Shown: positions 1-11,270, numbered from the whole stretch's first letter. The stretch is 63,312 nt of DNA, filler included, from Candidatus Tectimicrobiota bacterium (GCA_016193065.1; 5 parts of 5 records of this genome joined end to end with filler, not necessarily neighbours in it), one strand, 5' to 3'. The notes: generated from the letters alone by a model not told the origin. Numbers and translations are program-made.

Positions 1-253
1 AGGACTCCCGGAGCGGAACCTGGACGGAGCAGCGAGCACCCAGAGCGGGTACCCTTCCAGGGTGGCGCCACCGAGGCCTGGGCCGGATGAAAGCTGGAGA
101 TGACCGCAGGGAATTCCGGAAGGTTCGTCCGAGCGCAGGCCCGAGAGAGTCGCTGCGGAACACCCGCGATGTGGGTGCGGAAGCGAAGAGCGGGAGGCCG
201 TCCCCTTGCTACGGATTCGCAAGAACTGGGGGTGGGCAAGAAGCGGGAAGTCC

Positions 254-282
254 TTGACAAGAGGGGAGAGGATGCTAACAAT
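254..282 (+). promoter_or_regulatory. Candidate sigma70 promoter for the SDR-clpC-arginase run
   Basis: TTGACA at 254-259 followed by TGCTAACAAT at 273-282 (extended -10-like). Confidence 0.4.
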
Positions 283-354
283 GGATTGCGTCGGCTCCGG
301 AACACGGTTTTTCCCACGGCGACCTCGTCTACAACCAGCAGAAGGAGGTTCTCC

Positions 355-1116
355 ATGCGATTGCAGGGCAGAGTAGCGATTGTCACCGGCGGTGGCCACG
401 GGATTGGCCGGGCCTATTGCCTCGGCCTAGCCCGGGAGGGGGCCACGGTGGCGGCGGCCGACATTGATGGAGAGGCAGCCCGCGAGACCCAGCGGGAAAT
501 CGAGAAATTAGGCGGCAAGGGGCTGGGGTTGGAGACCGATGTGGCGAGCGTCGAAAGTACTCAGATGATGGCCCAGCGCACGCAGGAAACCTTCGGGAGC
601 ATTGATATCCTGGTGAACAACGCCGCGGTCTTTTCCACCATCCCCATCTCCCGTGTCCCCTTCGATCAAGTTCCGCTGGACGAGTGGGATCGGGTCATGA
701 CGGTCAACCTGAAAGGGTTGCTCCTGTCTTGCCGGGCGGTGGTCCCCGTCATGCGCCGGCAAAAAAAGGGGAAAATCATCAACATTTCCTCGGCCTCCAT
801 TTATAAAGGGACCGGCAACCGGATCCACTACGTGACTTCAAAGGCCGGAGTCATCGGCTTCACCCGCACGCTCGCCCATGAACTGGGGGACGACGGAATT
901 TGCGTAAACGCCGTGGCTCCAGGGTCCACTTTGAGCGAATCCCCCAAAGACACATCGGCCGTCGCCTTCCGGCAGTCGGCCGTGTCAGATCGCTGTCTGA
1001 AGAGAATCGAGACCCCACAAGATCTGGTCGGGGCCATTCTCTTCCTGTCCTCAGACGACAGTGATTTCATCACAGGCCAGACCATCGTGGTGGACGGGGG
1101 CAGCAGCTTGATCTAG
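355..1116 (+). CDS. SDR family NAD(P)-dependent oxidoreductase (FabG-like)
   Basis: TGGGHGIG Rossmann motif, NNAA and YVTSK catalytic motif; ATG 355 follows an AAGGAGG RBS, so the ORF-track start at 100 is too long. Confidence 0.92.
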   Translation: MRLQGRVAIVTGGGHGIGRAYCLGLAREGATVAAADIDGEAARETQREIEKLGGKGLGLETDVASVESTQMMAQRTQETFGSIDILVNNAAVFSTIPISRVPFDQVPLDEWDRVMTVNLKGLLLSCRAVVPVMRRQKKGKIINISSASIYKGTGNRIHYVTSKAGVIGFTRTLAHELGDDGICVNAVAPGSTLSESPKDTSAVAFRQSAVSDRCLKRIETPQDLVGAILFLSSDDSDFITGQTIVVDGGSSLI

Positions 1117-1154
1117 GATGATTGGAGAAAGCGTAGTGAGGAAGAACCGCCTCC

Positions 1155-3513
1155 ATGTATAAGTATTTTCGCTTTTTTACCGAACAGGTCATCGAGGCAA
1201 TTAACATCGCCTCCTCGGAGATGATGAATCTCCAGCAGACGGAACTAACCCCCGAATTCCTCCTGATCGGCCTCCTGGAACAGGAGGATTCGCTGGTCTT
1301 GAAGATCTTCCGAGAAATGGGCTTTGAACCCCAATCCATGAAAGACCAGATTCTCGATCGCATTTACGCCGCCCAGGAAAATCGCCCGAAACATCCCAGA
1401 ACCGGCCCCATGCAGATTTACATTTCCCGGGAGACCGAGCAGGTCCTCCAGATCGCCAAGCGCGAGGCGGACTCGCTGAAAGACAAGTTTGTAGGGGTGG
1501 GGGCCCTCTTTCTGGCCCTCCTGGATGTCTCCTCCGGCTCCACCTCTTCTCTCCTCCGGGATCTGGGGATCCATTACGAAAAAGCCAAGAACGCCTTGCT
1601 CAGGTTACGAGGGGGCCGCCTGGTCGAAGATCGAGAATCCGAAATGCGCTACGACGTGCTGCGAAAATACACCACGAACCTCACGGACTTGGCCCGCCGC
1701 GGCGAACTCGACCCGGTCGTCGGCCGGGAAACGGAAATCAACCGGGTCATCCAAATTCTTTCCCGGCGCAAGAAGAACAACCCGGTCCTCATTGGAGAGC
1801 CCGGGGTTGGCAAGACGGTCATCGTCGAAGGGCTGGCCCAAAGGATCGTGGACGCGGATGTCCCCGAGAACCTTCTCAACAAGCAGGTCCTGCAACTGGA
1901 GATGTCCGAGGTGATTGCGGGTGCCAAGTTCAGGGGGGAATTCGAAGAGCGGCTCAAAGCCATCAAGGATGAGGTGATCTCCGCGGCGGGCCAGGTCATC
2001 CTGTTCATCGATGAGCTGCACACGGTCGTGGGGGCCGGGGCGGGGGCCGGAGGACTGGACGCCTCCAACATGCTGAAGCCGGCCCTGGCGCGTGGCCAGT
2101 TGCAATGCATCGGGGCGACCACCTTGGAAGAATACAAGAAGCATGTTGAGCAGGACAAAGCCCTGGAGCGCCGCTTCCAAACCGTGCTCATCAAAGAACC
2201 CACGGTGGAAGAGACTTACAGTGTGTTGCTGGGGCTAAAATCCAAGTACGAAAGCCATCACCAAGTGCGTTTCACGGACGAAGCATTGCTCCTGGCAGCA
2301 AAGCTCGCGGAGCGTTACATTGCAGACCGTTTCCTGCCCGACAAGGCCATCGACCTGGTGGACGAGGCAGGCTCCAAGAAACACCTCGACCTGAATTACA
2401 TCCCCTCCGACCTCCGCAAACTTCAAAAAGAGCGAGATCAAACGCTCCACTACCAGCGCAAGGCTTACGAGGCGGAAGACTATGAAGCGACAGCCCGCTA
2501 CCAGCAGCAAATTCTTCTGTTAGGAAAAACTCATGCGGATGGAGGACAACCTGCACCGGCGCATCATCGGTCAGGACAATGCCGTGAAAGCCGTCAGCAA
2601 TGCCATCCGCCGCAACCGGGCGGGATTGAAGGAGCAGAATCGTCCCATTGGGTCCTTCCTCTTTCTGGGCCCCACGGGGGTGGGAAAGACAGAGCTGGCC
2701 AAAGCACTCACCGAATTTCTCTTTGACGATGAAAACAAACTCATCCGACTGGACATGTCCGAATTCATGGAGCGCCACACGGGCTCCAAACTCATCGGGT
2801 CTCCTCCGGGATACGTGGGCTACGGGGAAGGAGGGCAACTCACCGAGAAAATTCGTCGCAACCCCTATGCGGTCATCCTCCTCGACGAGCTTGAGAAAGC
2901 CCACCCCGACATCTTCAACATCCTGCTGCAGATTCTGGACGACGGCCGGCTTACCGACTCCCAAGGGCGCACGGTCAGTTTCAAGAACACTATCATTATC
3001 GGAACCTCAAATATCGGCAGCGAGCTCATTACCCGGGAGGCTCCGGAAATCGGTTTCGGCAGGGATTTCACCCAGCAGCGCTACGAAGACATAAAGAAGA
3101 TGGTTCTCCACGAAGTCAAGAAAGCCTTTAAACCCGAGTTCCTAAACCGCATTGACGACCTGATCGTCTTCCACCAGTTGACGAAGGCGCACATCCGTCA
3201 GATCGTTGACCTCCTTCTGGCCACCCTGGCCAAGCGTCTCCTAGAGCAAGGGCTCACCATCGAGATGCGTGACGAAGTCCGAGAAAAACTGGCCGAGGAG
3301 GGTTACGACCCCTTCTACGGCGCCAGGCCATTGCGGCGCGCCGTGGAAAACCTCGTTGAGAACCCTCTGGCCCAGAAAGTCATCACCCGGGAGTTTTCCC
3401 GGGGGGATCGGATTGAGATTGCCCTGGAGGCGGGGGAGATTGTTTTCACCAAACCCGCCGGGCAAGCCGTTCCCCACACCCTGCCATCCTCATGGGACCG
3501 GTCGACGTCTTAG
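1155..3513 (+). pseudogene. clpC: ClpC-type ATP-dependent Clp protease ATPase, split by an internal deletion/frameshift near 2522
   Basis: Clp-N repeat and NBD1 ([14 protein letters not shown]) in 1155-2522; NBD2 ([25 protein letters not shown]) in another frame 2524-3513; the WTGIPV linker region is absent. Confidence 0.85.
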
Positions 3514-4394
3514 GCGTCCCCCTGGATCTGGGGGCCGGTCGACGAGGGGTCGACATGGGCCCCAGTGCCCTGCGAGTTGCAGGGCTCCATCGCACACTGC
3601 GGGGGTTAGGGCACCAGGTCATCGATTGCGGGGACCTGTCGATCCCCATTGCCGAAACGCGCTCCTTCGGCCATGCTCACCTGAAATTTCTCCAGGAAAT
3701 CGCGGAGACCTGCACCCGGCTGGCCCGGGAAGTCGAAGGGGTTTTCCGAAAAGGAGGATTCCCTCTGGTATTGGGGGGAGACCATTCGCTGGCCATCGGA
3801 AGCGTGTCGGGAGCGGCTTCCTATTGGGGTCCGTCGAAGTTTGGTCTCATCTGGTTTGACGCCCACGGGGACCTTAACACCCCGGCCACAACTCCGACCG
3901 GAAACATCCACGGCATGCCCCTTGCCGTGTTGCTGGGCTACGGGGATCTTCAGCTTGCAGAGCTTGGGAGTACCCGTCCCAAGCTGTCAGGCAAAGACAC
4001 CGTTTTGGTAGGGGTGCGCCGCCTGGATCCAGGCGAGAGGGAACTGCTCGCCGCGAGCGGGGTGACGGTTTTTACCATGCGCGACATCGACGAAATGGGG
4101 ATGAAGGCCGTGATTCAGGCGGCCCTGAAGATCGCAACGGCCGATGGAAAACCGCTCCACGTGAGCTTTGATATCGATGTCATCGATCCCGGCTACGCGC
4201 CCGGTGTGGGAACCCCTGCCAACGGGGGAATCACTTACCGGGAAGCCCACCTGGCCATGGAGCTCATCGCGGATTGCCAGCGCCTCTCTTCCTTTGATTG
4301 CGTGGAAATTAATCCCCTTCTTGACAACCGCAACCGCACCGCCGCCCTGGCGGTGGAACTGATCGGTTCCGCCTTCGGCAAATCCATCCTTTAA
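3492..4394 (+). CDS. rocF: Arginase
   Basis: GGDHS, DAHGDLN, GNIHGMP, SFDID and EINP motifs of Mn-dependent arginase. Confidence 0.93.
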   Translation: MGPVDVLGVPLDLGAGRRGVDMGPSALRVAGLHRTLRGLGHQVIDCGDLSIPIAETRSFGHAHLKFLQEIAETCTRLAREVEGVFRKGGFPLVLGGDHSLAIGSVSGAASYWGPSKFGLIWFDAHGDLNTPATTPTGNIHGMPLAVLLGYGDLQLAELGSTRPKLSGKDTVLVGVRRLDPGERELLAASGVTVFTMRDIDEMGMKAVIQAALKIATADGKPLHVSFDIDVIDPGYAPGVGTPANGGITYREAHLAMELIADCQRLSSFDCVEINPLLDNRNRTAALAVELIGSAFGKSIL

Positions 4395-4557
4395 GCGGCC
4401 GCCACAAAACGCTAAACCCATAGGCGCGCACACGTGCGAGGTGGATCTCCTCTTGCCAGCGGGATCTTTTGAGCAGACCGGTGTTCGGAGACCATTTCAG
4501 CATCCGCCGGCCTACTTCCGGCGGCGGCGGGGATTCGATCCGGAGTCAGCCCTCGGA

Positions 4558-5091
4558 TCAGAAGCCGAGCTTGCGGCCGAATCGCTCCCGGAGCTCCCGC
4601 TCTTCTCTCAGGGAAACGTGCGGGAAGCGAAAGAGCCCCTTGTCGTAGCGGTAGCGGCCAATCCACACGAAGTTCGGATCAAGACGATCCTGTCGGGGAA
4701 CAAGGAAGCTTTCCGGAAAGAGAAGTTCCCGTGACTGGAACCGCGGGCGCTGGGCCAGCAGGGGCTTGGGCTTCGGGATAATCCGGAACGAAGGTGCAAA
4801 CGGTTTATGAAACTCCTTACGGGGCTCGATCCTATTTGGAGAAGGGGCCGGGCTTACTGTGACGCCTTGAATCCAAGCTGGTTGCGGAGTCCAGAACCGG
4901 ATTTCGATCTGTGCGTCGCTCCGGGCAGGGATTTGCCCGGGGTTGTCCGTAAAAAAGATCTCCCCGTTTGGACCGACCCCACGGTAGATGGTTTCTGCCT
5001 GAGCCCAGGGAGCTAAAATGACTACCAGGAAAAGAGTCAACCCCCAGAGGCTTCGGAAATTTCCTCTTCTCTTTTCCGTGCCGTGGAGCAT
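4558..5091 (-). CDS. Secreted hypothetical protein, DUF4124-like N-terminus
   Basis: Hydrophobic signal peptide ending AQA, then ETIYRGVGPNGEIFFTDNP (DUF4124-like pattern). Confidence 0.6.
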   Translation of the reverse strand: MLHGTEKRRGNFRSLWGLTLFLVVILAPWAQAETIYRGVGPNGEIFFTDNPGQIPARSDAQIEIRFWTPQPAWIQGVTVSPAPSPNRIEPRKEFHKPFAPSFRIIPKPKPLLAQRPRFQSRELLFPESFLVPRQDRLDPNFVWIGRYRYDKGLFRFPHVSLREERELRERFGRKLGF

Positions 5092-5103
5092 AGCAACTCC
5101 TCC

Positions 5104-6564
5104 CTAGCCTGTGACGTTCATCGCCACGAACAGGTGGGTCCCCCGGCGGTTGATCAGGAGCAGGACCGTCCCATCCAGCCCGCTTTCCCTGACTACACGC
5201 CAGAAGTCTCGAACCGTCGGCACCTCCTGCTCATCCACTTCCTGGACCACATCACCTTGGCGAATTCCGGCCCGATCGGCCGGCCCCCCCGGCACCACCC
5301 GGGTAACGACCACTCCTCGAGTTCGGGACAGGCCCAGCCCCCGGGCTAGATCCGGGGTGAGATCCTGAACGGTCATCCCAAATTCCGGCGCGGCGGGAAC
5401 CGAACGGCCGGCTCGCTCCTCTTTCAGCTCGGCTACGGTCACCCGGAAAATCTGCTCCTTGCCTTTCCTGAGAATCCGCAGCGGGATCTCTTTGCCCACG
5501 GGGGCGTTCGCCACCAGCCGAGGAAGCTCCACGATCTCCTCCACCGCTTTCCCATCAAAGGAAACAATGATGTCACCGCGCAGGATCCCCGCTTTCTTGG
5601 CCGGCCCCCCTTCGCTGACCTCGGTTACCAGGGCCCCTTGCGGGCGGGAAAGCCCCAGGGACTTTGCCAAGTCCGGTGTCACGGCCTGGATCTGAACCCC
5701 AAGCCATCCGCGCGTGACGGAGCCTTTGTCCCGCAGCTGCAAGAGGATCGGCTTGGCCAGATTCACCGGGGTAGCGAAGCCCAGTCCCTGGCCGCCGGCA
5801 ATGATCGCTGTATTGATGCCGACGATTTCCCCTCGCATGTTGATGAGAGGCCCGCCACTATTGCCGGGGTTGATGGACGCGTCGGTCTGGATAAAGTCGT
5901 CATACGGGCCTGCTCCAATAATTCTCCCTTTGGCGCTCACGATCCCCGTGGTTACCGTATGTCCAAGACCAAAAGGGTTGCCGATGGCCATCACCCATTC
6001 CCCGACGCGCAATTTGTCCGAATCCCCCAAGTGGGCAAATGGCAGCGGCTGCGGGGAAGAAATCTTGATGAGAGCCAGATCGGTTTTCGGATCGCGCCCC
6101 ACGATTTTTGCGTCGTATTCCTGCTTATCCGACAGGATGACTTTGATCTCGGAGGCCCCCTCGACCACGTGATTGTTTGTCACGATGTACCCATCTTTGT
6201 TAATGATGAAGCCGGACCCCAAGCTTTGGCGTTTAAATTCCTGCTGGGGAATATCCCCGAAGAAGCGGCGGAACAGATCTTCAAACGGATTGCCTTGAAA
6301 GGGGCTCTCTCCGGAAGGACCGCGCGGTGGGCTTTCTCCCCTCACTACTTGGGTGGTGCTGATATTGACGACAGAGGGCTTGAGCTTCTCCGCCAGATCC
6401 ACAAAAGGCGGCAGTTCGACCTTCGGAGTAGCTGCCAGGCCGCCCTCGGTCCACAAGTTCTGCCCCCACCCAGTGCCAGAACCTGGAAGGATCAGAAAAA
6501 GGATCAAGACAACACACAGTGCCCCTGAATTCCGGCGACTCCATGGACCGAGCGAAATCCTCAT
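5104..6564 (-). CDS. degP: DegP/DegQ (HtrA) periplasmic serine protease with two PDZ domains
   Basis: GSGFII, TNNHV, DLALIK and INPGNSGGPL triad motifs; two PDZ repeats; signal peptide. Confidence 0.95.
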   Translation of the reverse strand: MRISLGPWSRRNSGALCVVLILFLILPGSGTGWGQNLWTEGGLAATPKVELPPFVDLAEKLKPSVVNISTTQVVRGESPPRGPSGESPFQGNPFEDLFRRFFGDIPQQEFKRQSLGSGFIINKDGYIVTNNHVVEGASEIKVILSDKQEYDAKIVGRDPKTDLALIKISSPQPLPFAHLGDSDKLRVGEWVMAIGNPFGLGHTVTTGIVSAKGRIIGAGPYDDFIQTDASINPGNSGGPLINMRGEIVGINTAIIAGGQGLGFATPVNLAKPILLQLRDKGSVTRGWLGVQIQAVTPDLAKSLGLSRPQGALVTEVSEGGPAKKAGILRGDIIVSFDGKAVEEIVELPRLVANAPVGKEIPLRILRKGKEQIFRVTVAELKEERAGRSVPAAPEFGMTVQDLTPDLARGLGLSRTRGVVVTRVVPGGPADRAGIRQGDVVQEVDEQEVPTVRDFWRVVRESGLDGTVLLLINRRGTHLFVAMNVTG

Positions 6565-6736
6565 TTTCAGTTACTCCCGTCCGCGCTTTGAATGGTTGGG
6601 GACTCGCTGGATTCAGCGCTTTGGCTGGTCGATTCCCCGGCAGCAGTGGAATTCCCTCGGCCTTTAACCGGCCCCCAGGGGAAACACTTGCGGGCAACCT
6701 CCCCTCGATTCCAGGAACGGGTCGGCAGGCCTCCGG

Positions 6737-9099
6737 TCAGGCCCCCACCTTGCGTCGTCTCCGATTTCTTTCCTCCAGCTCCACGGGGCCTGGCCGCGAA
6801 TCCTCTTCCGCAGCTTCCGGAACCCGGCCGTCGGAAAAGACCAGTTTAATAACTTCCTCCATTTTGCTGATAAAGCGAAATTCCAAGCCGCTCTTCATGT
6901 GGTCCGCAATCTCGCTCAAATCCTTTTCGTTCTTGCTTGGCAAAATGATCGTCGTGATCCCTGCCCGCTTGGCGGCCAGGACCTTTTCTTTGATCCCCCC
7001 TACGGGCAACACGAGCCCTCTCAGGGTAATTTCCCCGGTCATGGCCGCATCGCCCCGAACCGCCCGGTTGGTTAAGAGGGAGACCAGCGCCACAAACATG
7101 GTAATTCCCGCCGAGGGTCCGTCTTTCGGGATGGCCCCGGAGGGGACGTGAATGTGAATATCACTCTTATCGTAGAAATTAGCCGGGATCCCCAAGGCCT
7201 TCGCGCGGGAGCGCACATAGCTCAGGGCCGCCTGGGCCGATTCTTTCATCACGTCTCCGAGCTGCCCGGTCAGCGCGAGGTTCTTTTGCCCCGGCATCTT
7301 GGTCGCTTCCACAAAGAGAATGTCTCCTCCCGTTGAGGTCCAGGCCAATCCCGTAGCAACGCCGGGGACGGAAGTGCGCTCGGCCACCTCCGAGAAAAAC
7401 TTGATGGGCCCCAGATAGCGGGAAATGTCCTCGCCGGTCACCCGGGCGGGATCCTGTTTGCCGTCGGCCACTTCTTTGGCGATCGCCCGGCAAATCCCGG
7501 CAATTTCCCTCTCCAGATTTCTCACTCCGGCCTCTCGGGTATAGGAACGAATGATTGTTTGCAGCGCATCTTCCGTTAACCCGGAAGCTCCAGGACTTCC
7601 ATCCTGTCCCTGAGGGCAGGAGGGACTGGTTCCAGGATGTTCGCCGTGGCAATGAACATCACCCGGGAGAGATCAAAGGGCACATCGAGATAATGGTCGG
7701 AGAAGGAAAAATTCTGTTCCGGGTCGAGAACCTCCAAGAGGGCCGAGGAAGGATCCCCCCGGAAGTCGATGCCGATCTTATCCACCTCATCCAGCATGAA
7801 AATGGGGTTGTTGGAACCCGCTTTCTTGAGCCCTTGGATGATCCGGCCCGGCAGGGCCCCCACGTACGTGCGGCGATGCCCCCGAATTTCGGCCTCATCC
7901 CGAACTCCTCCGAGAGAAATCCGCGCAAAGCGGCGTCCGATGGCGCGGGCAATCGAGCGCCCGAGGGAGGTCTTTCCGACTCCCGGAGGTCCCACAAAGC
8001 ACAAAATGGGCCCTTTCAGGTTCTGCTTCAATTTCCCCACCGCCAGGTATTCCAGTATCCGTTTCTTGACCCTTTCCAGGTTAAAATGATCCTCATCGAG
8101 GATCTGTTTGGCCTTCTCCAGATCGAGGTTGTCTTCGGTGCTGACAGACCAGGGGAGATCCACGAGCCAATCCAGGTAGGTACGAGAGACCGTGTACTCG
8201 GCTGCCGCGGGCGACATGCGCGATAGGCGATCGAGCTCCTTTTCAGCGGCCTCGGCAGCCTCCTTGGGCATGTGGGCTTTGCCAATTTTATCGCGCAGCT
8301 CTTTAATCTCCTGGGTACGCTCGTCCTCTTCTCCAAGCTCTTTCTGAATGGCCTTCATTTGCTCGCGCAGGTAGTACTCCCGTTGGGTTTTCCCCATGCC
8401 TTCCTGGATCTGGGACTGGATCTTGTCCTTGAGCTCCAGAACCTCCTTTTCCCGGTTGGCCAGGATGTTCACTTTTTCCAGGCGCTCTTTGACGTCCAGG
8501 ATCTCCAAAATCTCCTGCCTCACCGAAGCCGGCAGGTTGAGGTTTGAGGCGACAAAATTCGCCAGATGAGAGGTGTCCTCCAGTTGCATGGTCAGGTGGG
8601 AAATATCCGAAGACAAATAGGGAGCCAGATCGACCAGTTTCTTGAAGAGGGCTTTCAAGTTGATGGCCAGGGCCTCGACCTCAACCCCCTCCGCCGCCCG
8701 ATCCTTGAGTTCTTCAACCCGGACGTGAATATAGGGCTCCCCCCCCAAAAACTCCGTCGCCTTGAACTTACCGATCCCCTGGACAATGACGTTTTTCTTG
8801 CCGTCTTGAGTCTTGAAGACCTTCAGGATCTGGGCAATCGTCCCAACCAGGTACAGATCATCCGGGGTCGGATCCTCTATTTCCGAGCTCTTTTGCGTAA
8901 TAACACCGATTAGCTCTTCGCGGGCCACCGCGTCCTCAACCAGGCGAACAGACTTCTCCCGGCCCACGACCAGAGGCAAGATCAAGCCAGGGAACAGGAC
9001 CGTTCCTCGCAGCGGCAAAATCGAAAGCTCAGAGGGGAAGGAGGCTTTTTCCCCTCCAACTTCTTCGGGGTTTCCCGGTGATTTTCCCAATAAATTCAT
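6737..9099 (-). pseudogene. lon: Lon protease, split by an internal deletion at about 7578
   Basis: LON N-domain and AAA+ (GPPGVGKT, LDEVDK) end at MEVLELPG-stop; the next frame resumes [22 protein letters not shown] and carries PKDGPSAG and GGIKEK (Ser-Lys dyad). Confidence 0.9.
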
Positions 9100-9189
9100 T
9101 CGGATATCCTCGCTCCGACGCGCGGAGTCGCAGAAGATTGTTCTTTGAACCGCACAGCAGAAACAATAAATAATATTAATTTGTCTTTG

Positions 9190-9651
9190 TCAAATTTTTT
9201 GATTGTCCTGCTGGCTAAGATTGTAGGGAGGGACGGGGGCAAATACCCGATCGGGCTCCCTCCCCTCCGCGTCCTGACTCCGCTCTGCATCGAGCGCGGT
9301 CATTCGGCAATGCCCTTCGTACACAGCACCCTCTTCAACGACCAGAATCGGCGTGCTGACATCCCCCAACAAAACGCTCCCTTTCTGGATTTCGATGCGG
9401 TGGCGAGCTCGCACGTTCCCGCTAATTTTTCCACACCCGATCAACGTCCCCACATTGATCTCGGCCCGAACCTCCGCGCTTTCCCCGACAATGAACGTGT
9501 CCGGAGACAAGATCTCTCCCTCGAATTTTCCGTCCACCCGCACCGTTCCCTGAAAGGAGAGGATACCGTGAAACTGGGTCCCCTCCCCTAAAAAGGCTCG
9601 CAACGTCTCCCGGTTTGCCCCTTCTTTTTTTCCAACAGACTTCAATCCCAC
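9190..9651 (-). CDS. Bactofilin (polymer-forming cytoskeletal protein)
   Basis: FLGEGTQFHGILSFQGTVRVDGKFEGEI...VEEGAVYEGHC beta-helix pattern; lies downstream of parB. Confidence 0.88.
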   Translation of the reverse strand: MGLKSVGKKEGANRETLRAFLGEGTQFHGILSFQGTVRVDGKFEGEILSPDTFIVGESAEVRAEINVGTLIGCGKISGNVRARHRIEIQKGSVLLGDVSTPILVVEEGAVYEGHCRMTALDAERSQDAEGREPDRVFAPVPPYNLSQQDNQKI

Positions 9652-9655
9652 AGGC

Positions 9656-10516
9656 TCACCTCCTGTCGGCTCGCTTCGCTTTGCTTAAAATGTCGGCAAA
9701 TGCTTGCAGGTCGTCAAGCGAATAATAGGAAATAACCAGAGCCCCTCTTTCGGCCGTGCCCCGAATTTGAACCCGGGTCATCAAGGCGCGACTCAACTGC
9801 TCAGCCACTGCCTGCAAATGAACATCCTTTTGGGCCCCCCTTTTTCTCTCTTCCGGCTTGCGTGCCCGCACCACGGCTTCTTCGGTTTGCCGGACCGAAA
9901 GACCCTGCCGGAGGATCTTGCCGCAAAGCCCCTTTTGTTCTTCCGCCGATTTCAGCCCCAAAAGGGCCCGGGCGTGCCCCATGGTCAAGCGGCCCGCCAC
10001 CACCTCCGCCTGAATCTCCGGCGAAAGCTTTAACAGCCTGACCTGATTTGCCACGGAACTGCGGTCCTTTCCGACCCGGCGGGAGATCTCTTCCTGGGAG
10101 AGGCCAAATTCCTCGGAGAGCCTCTGGTACGCGTGCGCTTCTTCGATCGGGTTCAGATCTTCCCGCTGGAGGTTCTCAATCAGCGCGACCTCCAAGCGAT
10201 CGGCGCTGCTCACCTCCCGCACCACGGCCGGCACTGTAGAGAGCCCCGCCAAGCGGGCCGCACGCCAGCGGCGCTCTCCGGCCACGAGCTCGTAGCTCCC
10301 CTCGGACCTCCTCTGAACGAGGACAGGCTGCAATACCCCTCTGGACCGGATCGATTCGACAAGCCCATCGAGCCCCTGCGGATCCGGAGACAGGCGCCGA
10401 GGTTGATCGGGATTGGGCACGATCGCGTCAATGGGGATTTCCTCTATCCACCGCCCATCCTCGACTCGATCCGAGAGCAGAGCCTCCAATCCTCTACCGA
10501 GAGCCTTGCGTTGCAT
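9656..10516 (-). CDS. parB: Chromosome partitioning protein ParB
   Basis: LGRGL N-terminus, GERRWRA box, ENLQREDL and HTH. Confidence 0.96.
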   Translation of the reverse strand: MQRKALGRGLEALLSDRVEDGRWIEEIPIDAIVPNPDQPRRLSPDPQGLDGLVESIRSRGVLQPVLVQRRSEGSYELVAGERRWRAARLAGLSTVPAVVREVSSADRLEVALIENLQREDLNPIEEAHAYQRLSEEFGLSQEEISRRVGKDRSSVANQVRLLKLSPEIQAEVVAGRLTMGHARALLGLKSAEEQKGLCGKILRQGLSVRQTEEAVVRARKPEERKRGAQKDVHLQAVAEQLSRALMTRVQIRGTAERGALVISYYSLDDLQAFADILSKAKRADRR

Positions 10517-11270
10517 GGTCCAGTAATTCCTCTGCCAGAGTGCGATAGGCCTGCGCCCCCCGGGAACGGGGGTCGTACAACAAGATGGGCAATCCGTGGC
10601 TTGGTGCCTCGCTGAGGCGGACGGTCCGCGGGATCACGGTAGTAAAAACGGTGCCCTCAAAGTGGCGGCGAACCTCGTCAGCCACCTGCTGGGAGAGCAG
10701 CGTGCGCACGTCAAACATCGTCAGCAAAACCCCTTCAATGGAGAGGTCCGGATTTAGATTCTGCTTGATCCGGCGGATCGTTCGGAGCAACTGGGTCAGC
10801 CCTTCCAGAGCGAAAAATTCACACTGCAAGGGTATCAGGACGCCGTTGGCCGCCGTAAGGGCGTTGAGCGTCAACAGCCCCAATGAAGGAGGAGAATCAA
10901 TTAGAACATACTCAAAGCGATCGTGCACACCGTTCAACGCCCGGCAGAGGCGCTTCTCCCGCTCTTCCAGAAAGACAAGCTCAATCTCGGCTCCAATGAG
11001 GTCCACCGTGGCCGGGAACAGATAGAGGTTGGAAAGCTGGGTGGGAACAATCGCCTTTTCTGCCGGCTGCAGTCCCAGGAGACACTGATAAACGGTCACA
11101 TCCACGTGATTCTTGTCGATGCCTACCCCGCTGCTGGTATTGCCTTGCGGGTCCAGATCGATGAGTAGCGTGGGGTGCCCCGCCAGGGCCAATGCTGCCC
11201 CCAGATTAATGGCGGTGGTTGTTTTCCCTACCCCCCCCTTCTGGTTCGCGATGGCAATGACGCGCCCCAA
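10494..11270 (-). CDS. parA: Chromosome partitioning ATPase ParA/Soj
   Basis: NQKGGVGKTT deviant Walker A, DLDPQGN, DSPPSLG, EAPSHG; TTG start. Confidence 0.96.
   Translation of the reverse strand: MGRVIAIANQKGGVGKTTTAINLGAALALAGHPTLLIDLDPQGNTSSGVGIDKNHVDVTVYQCLLGLQPAEKAIVPTQLSNLYLFPATVDLIGAEIELVFLEEREKRLCRALNGVHDRFEYVLIDSPPSLGLLTLNALTAANGVLIPLQCEFFALEGLTQLLRTIRRIKQNLNPDLSIEGVLLTMFDVRTLLSQQVADEVRRHFEGTVFTTVIPRTVRLSEAPSHGLPILLYDPRSRGAQAYRTLAEELLDHATQGSR

Noticed and set aside
2500-7600. Programmed ribosomal frameshifting or readthrough in clpC and lon
   Set aside because: Conserved protein segments are physically missing at both junctions, so recoding could not restore full proteins.
9160-9200. 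CtsR or HrcA operator upstream of lon
   Set aside because: The AT-rich stretch has a minus-strand TTGACA but no GGTCAAA direct repeat or CIRCE inverted repeat.
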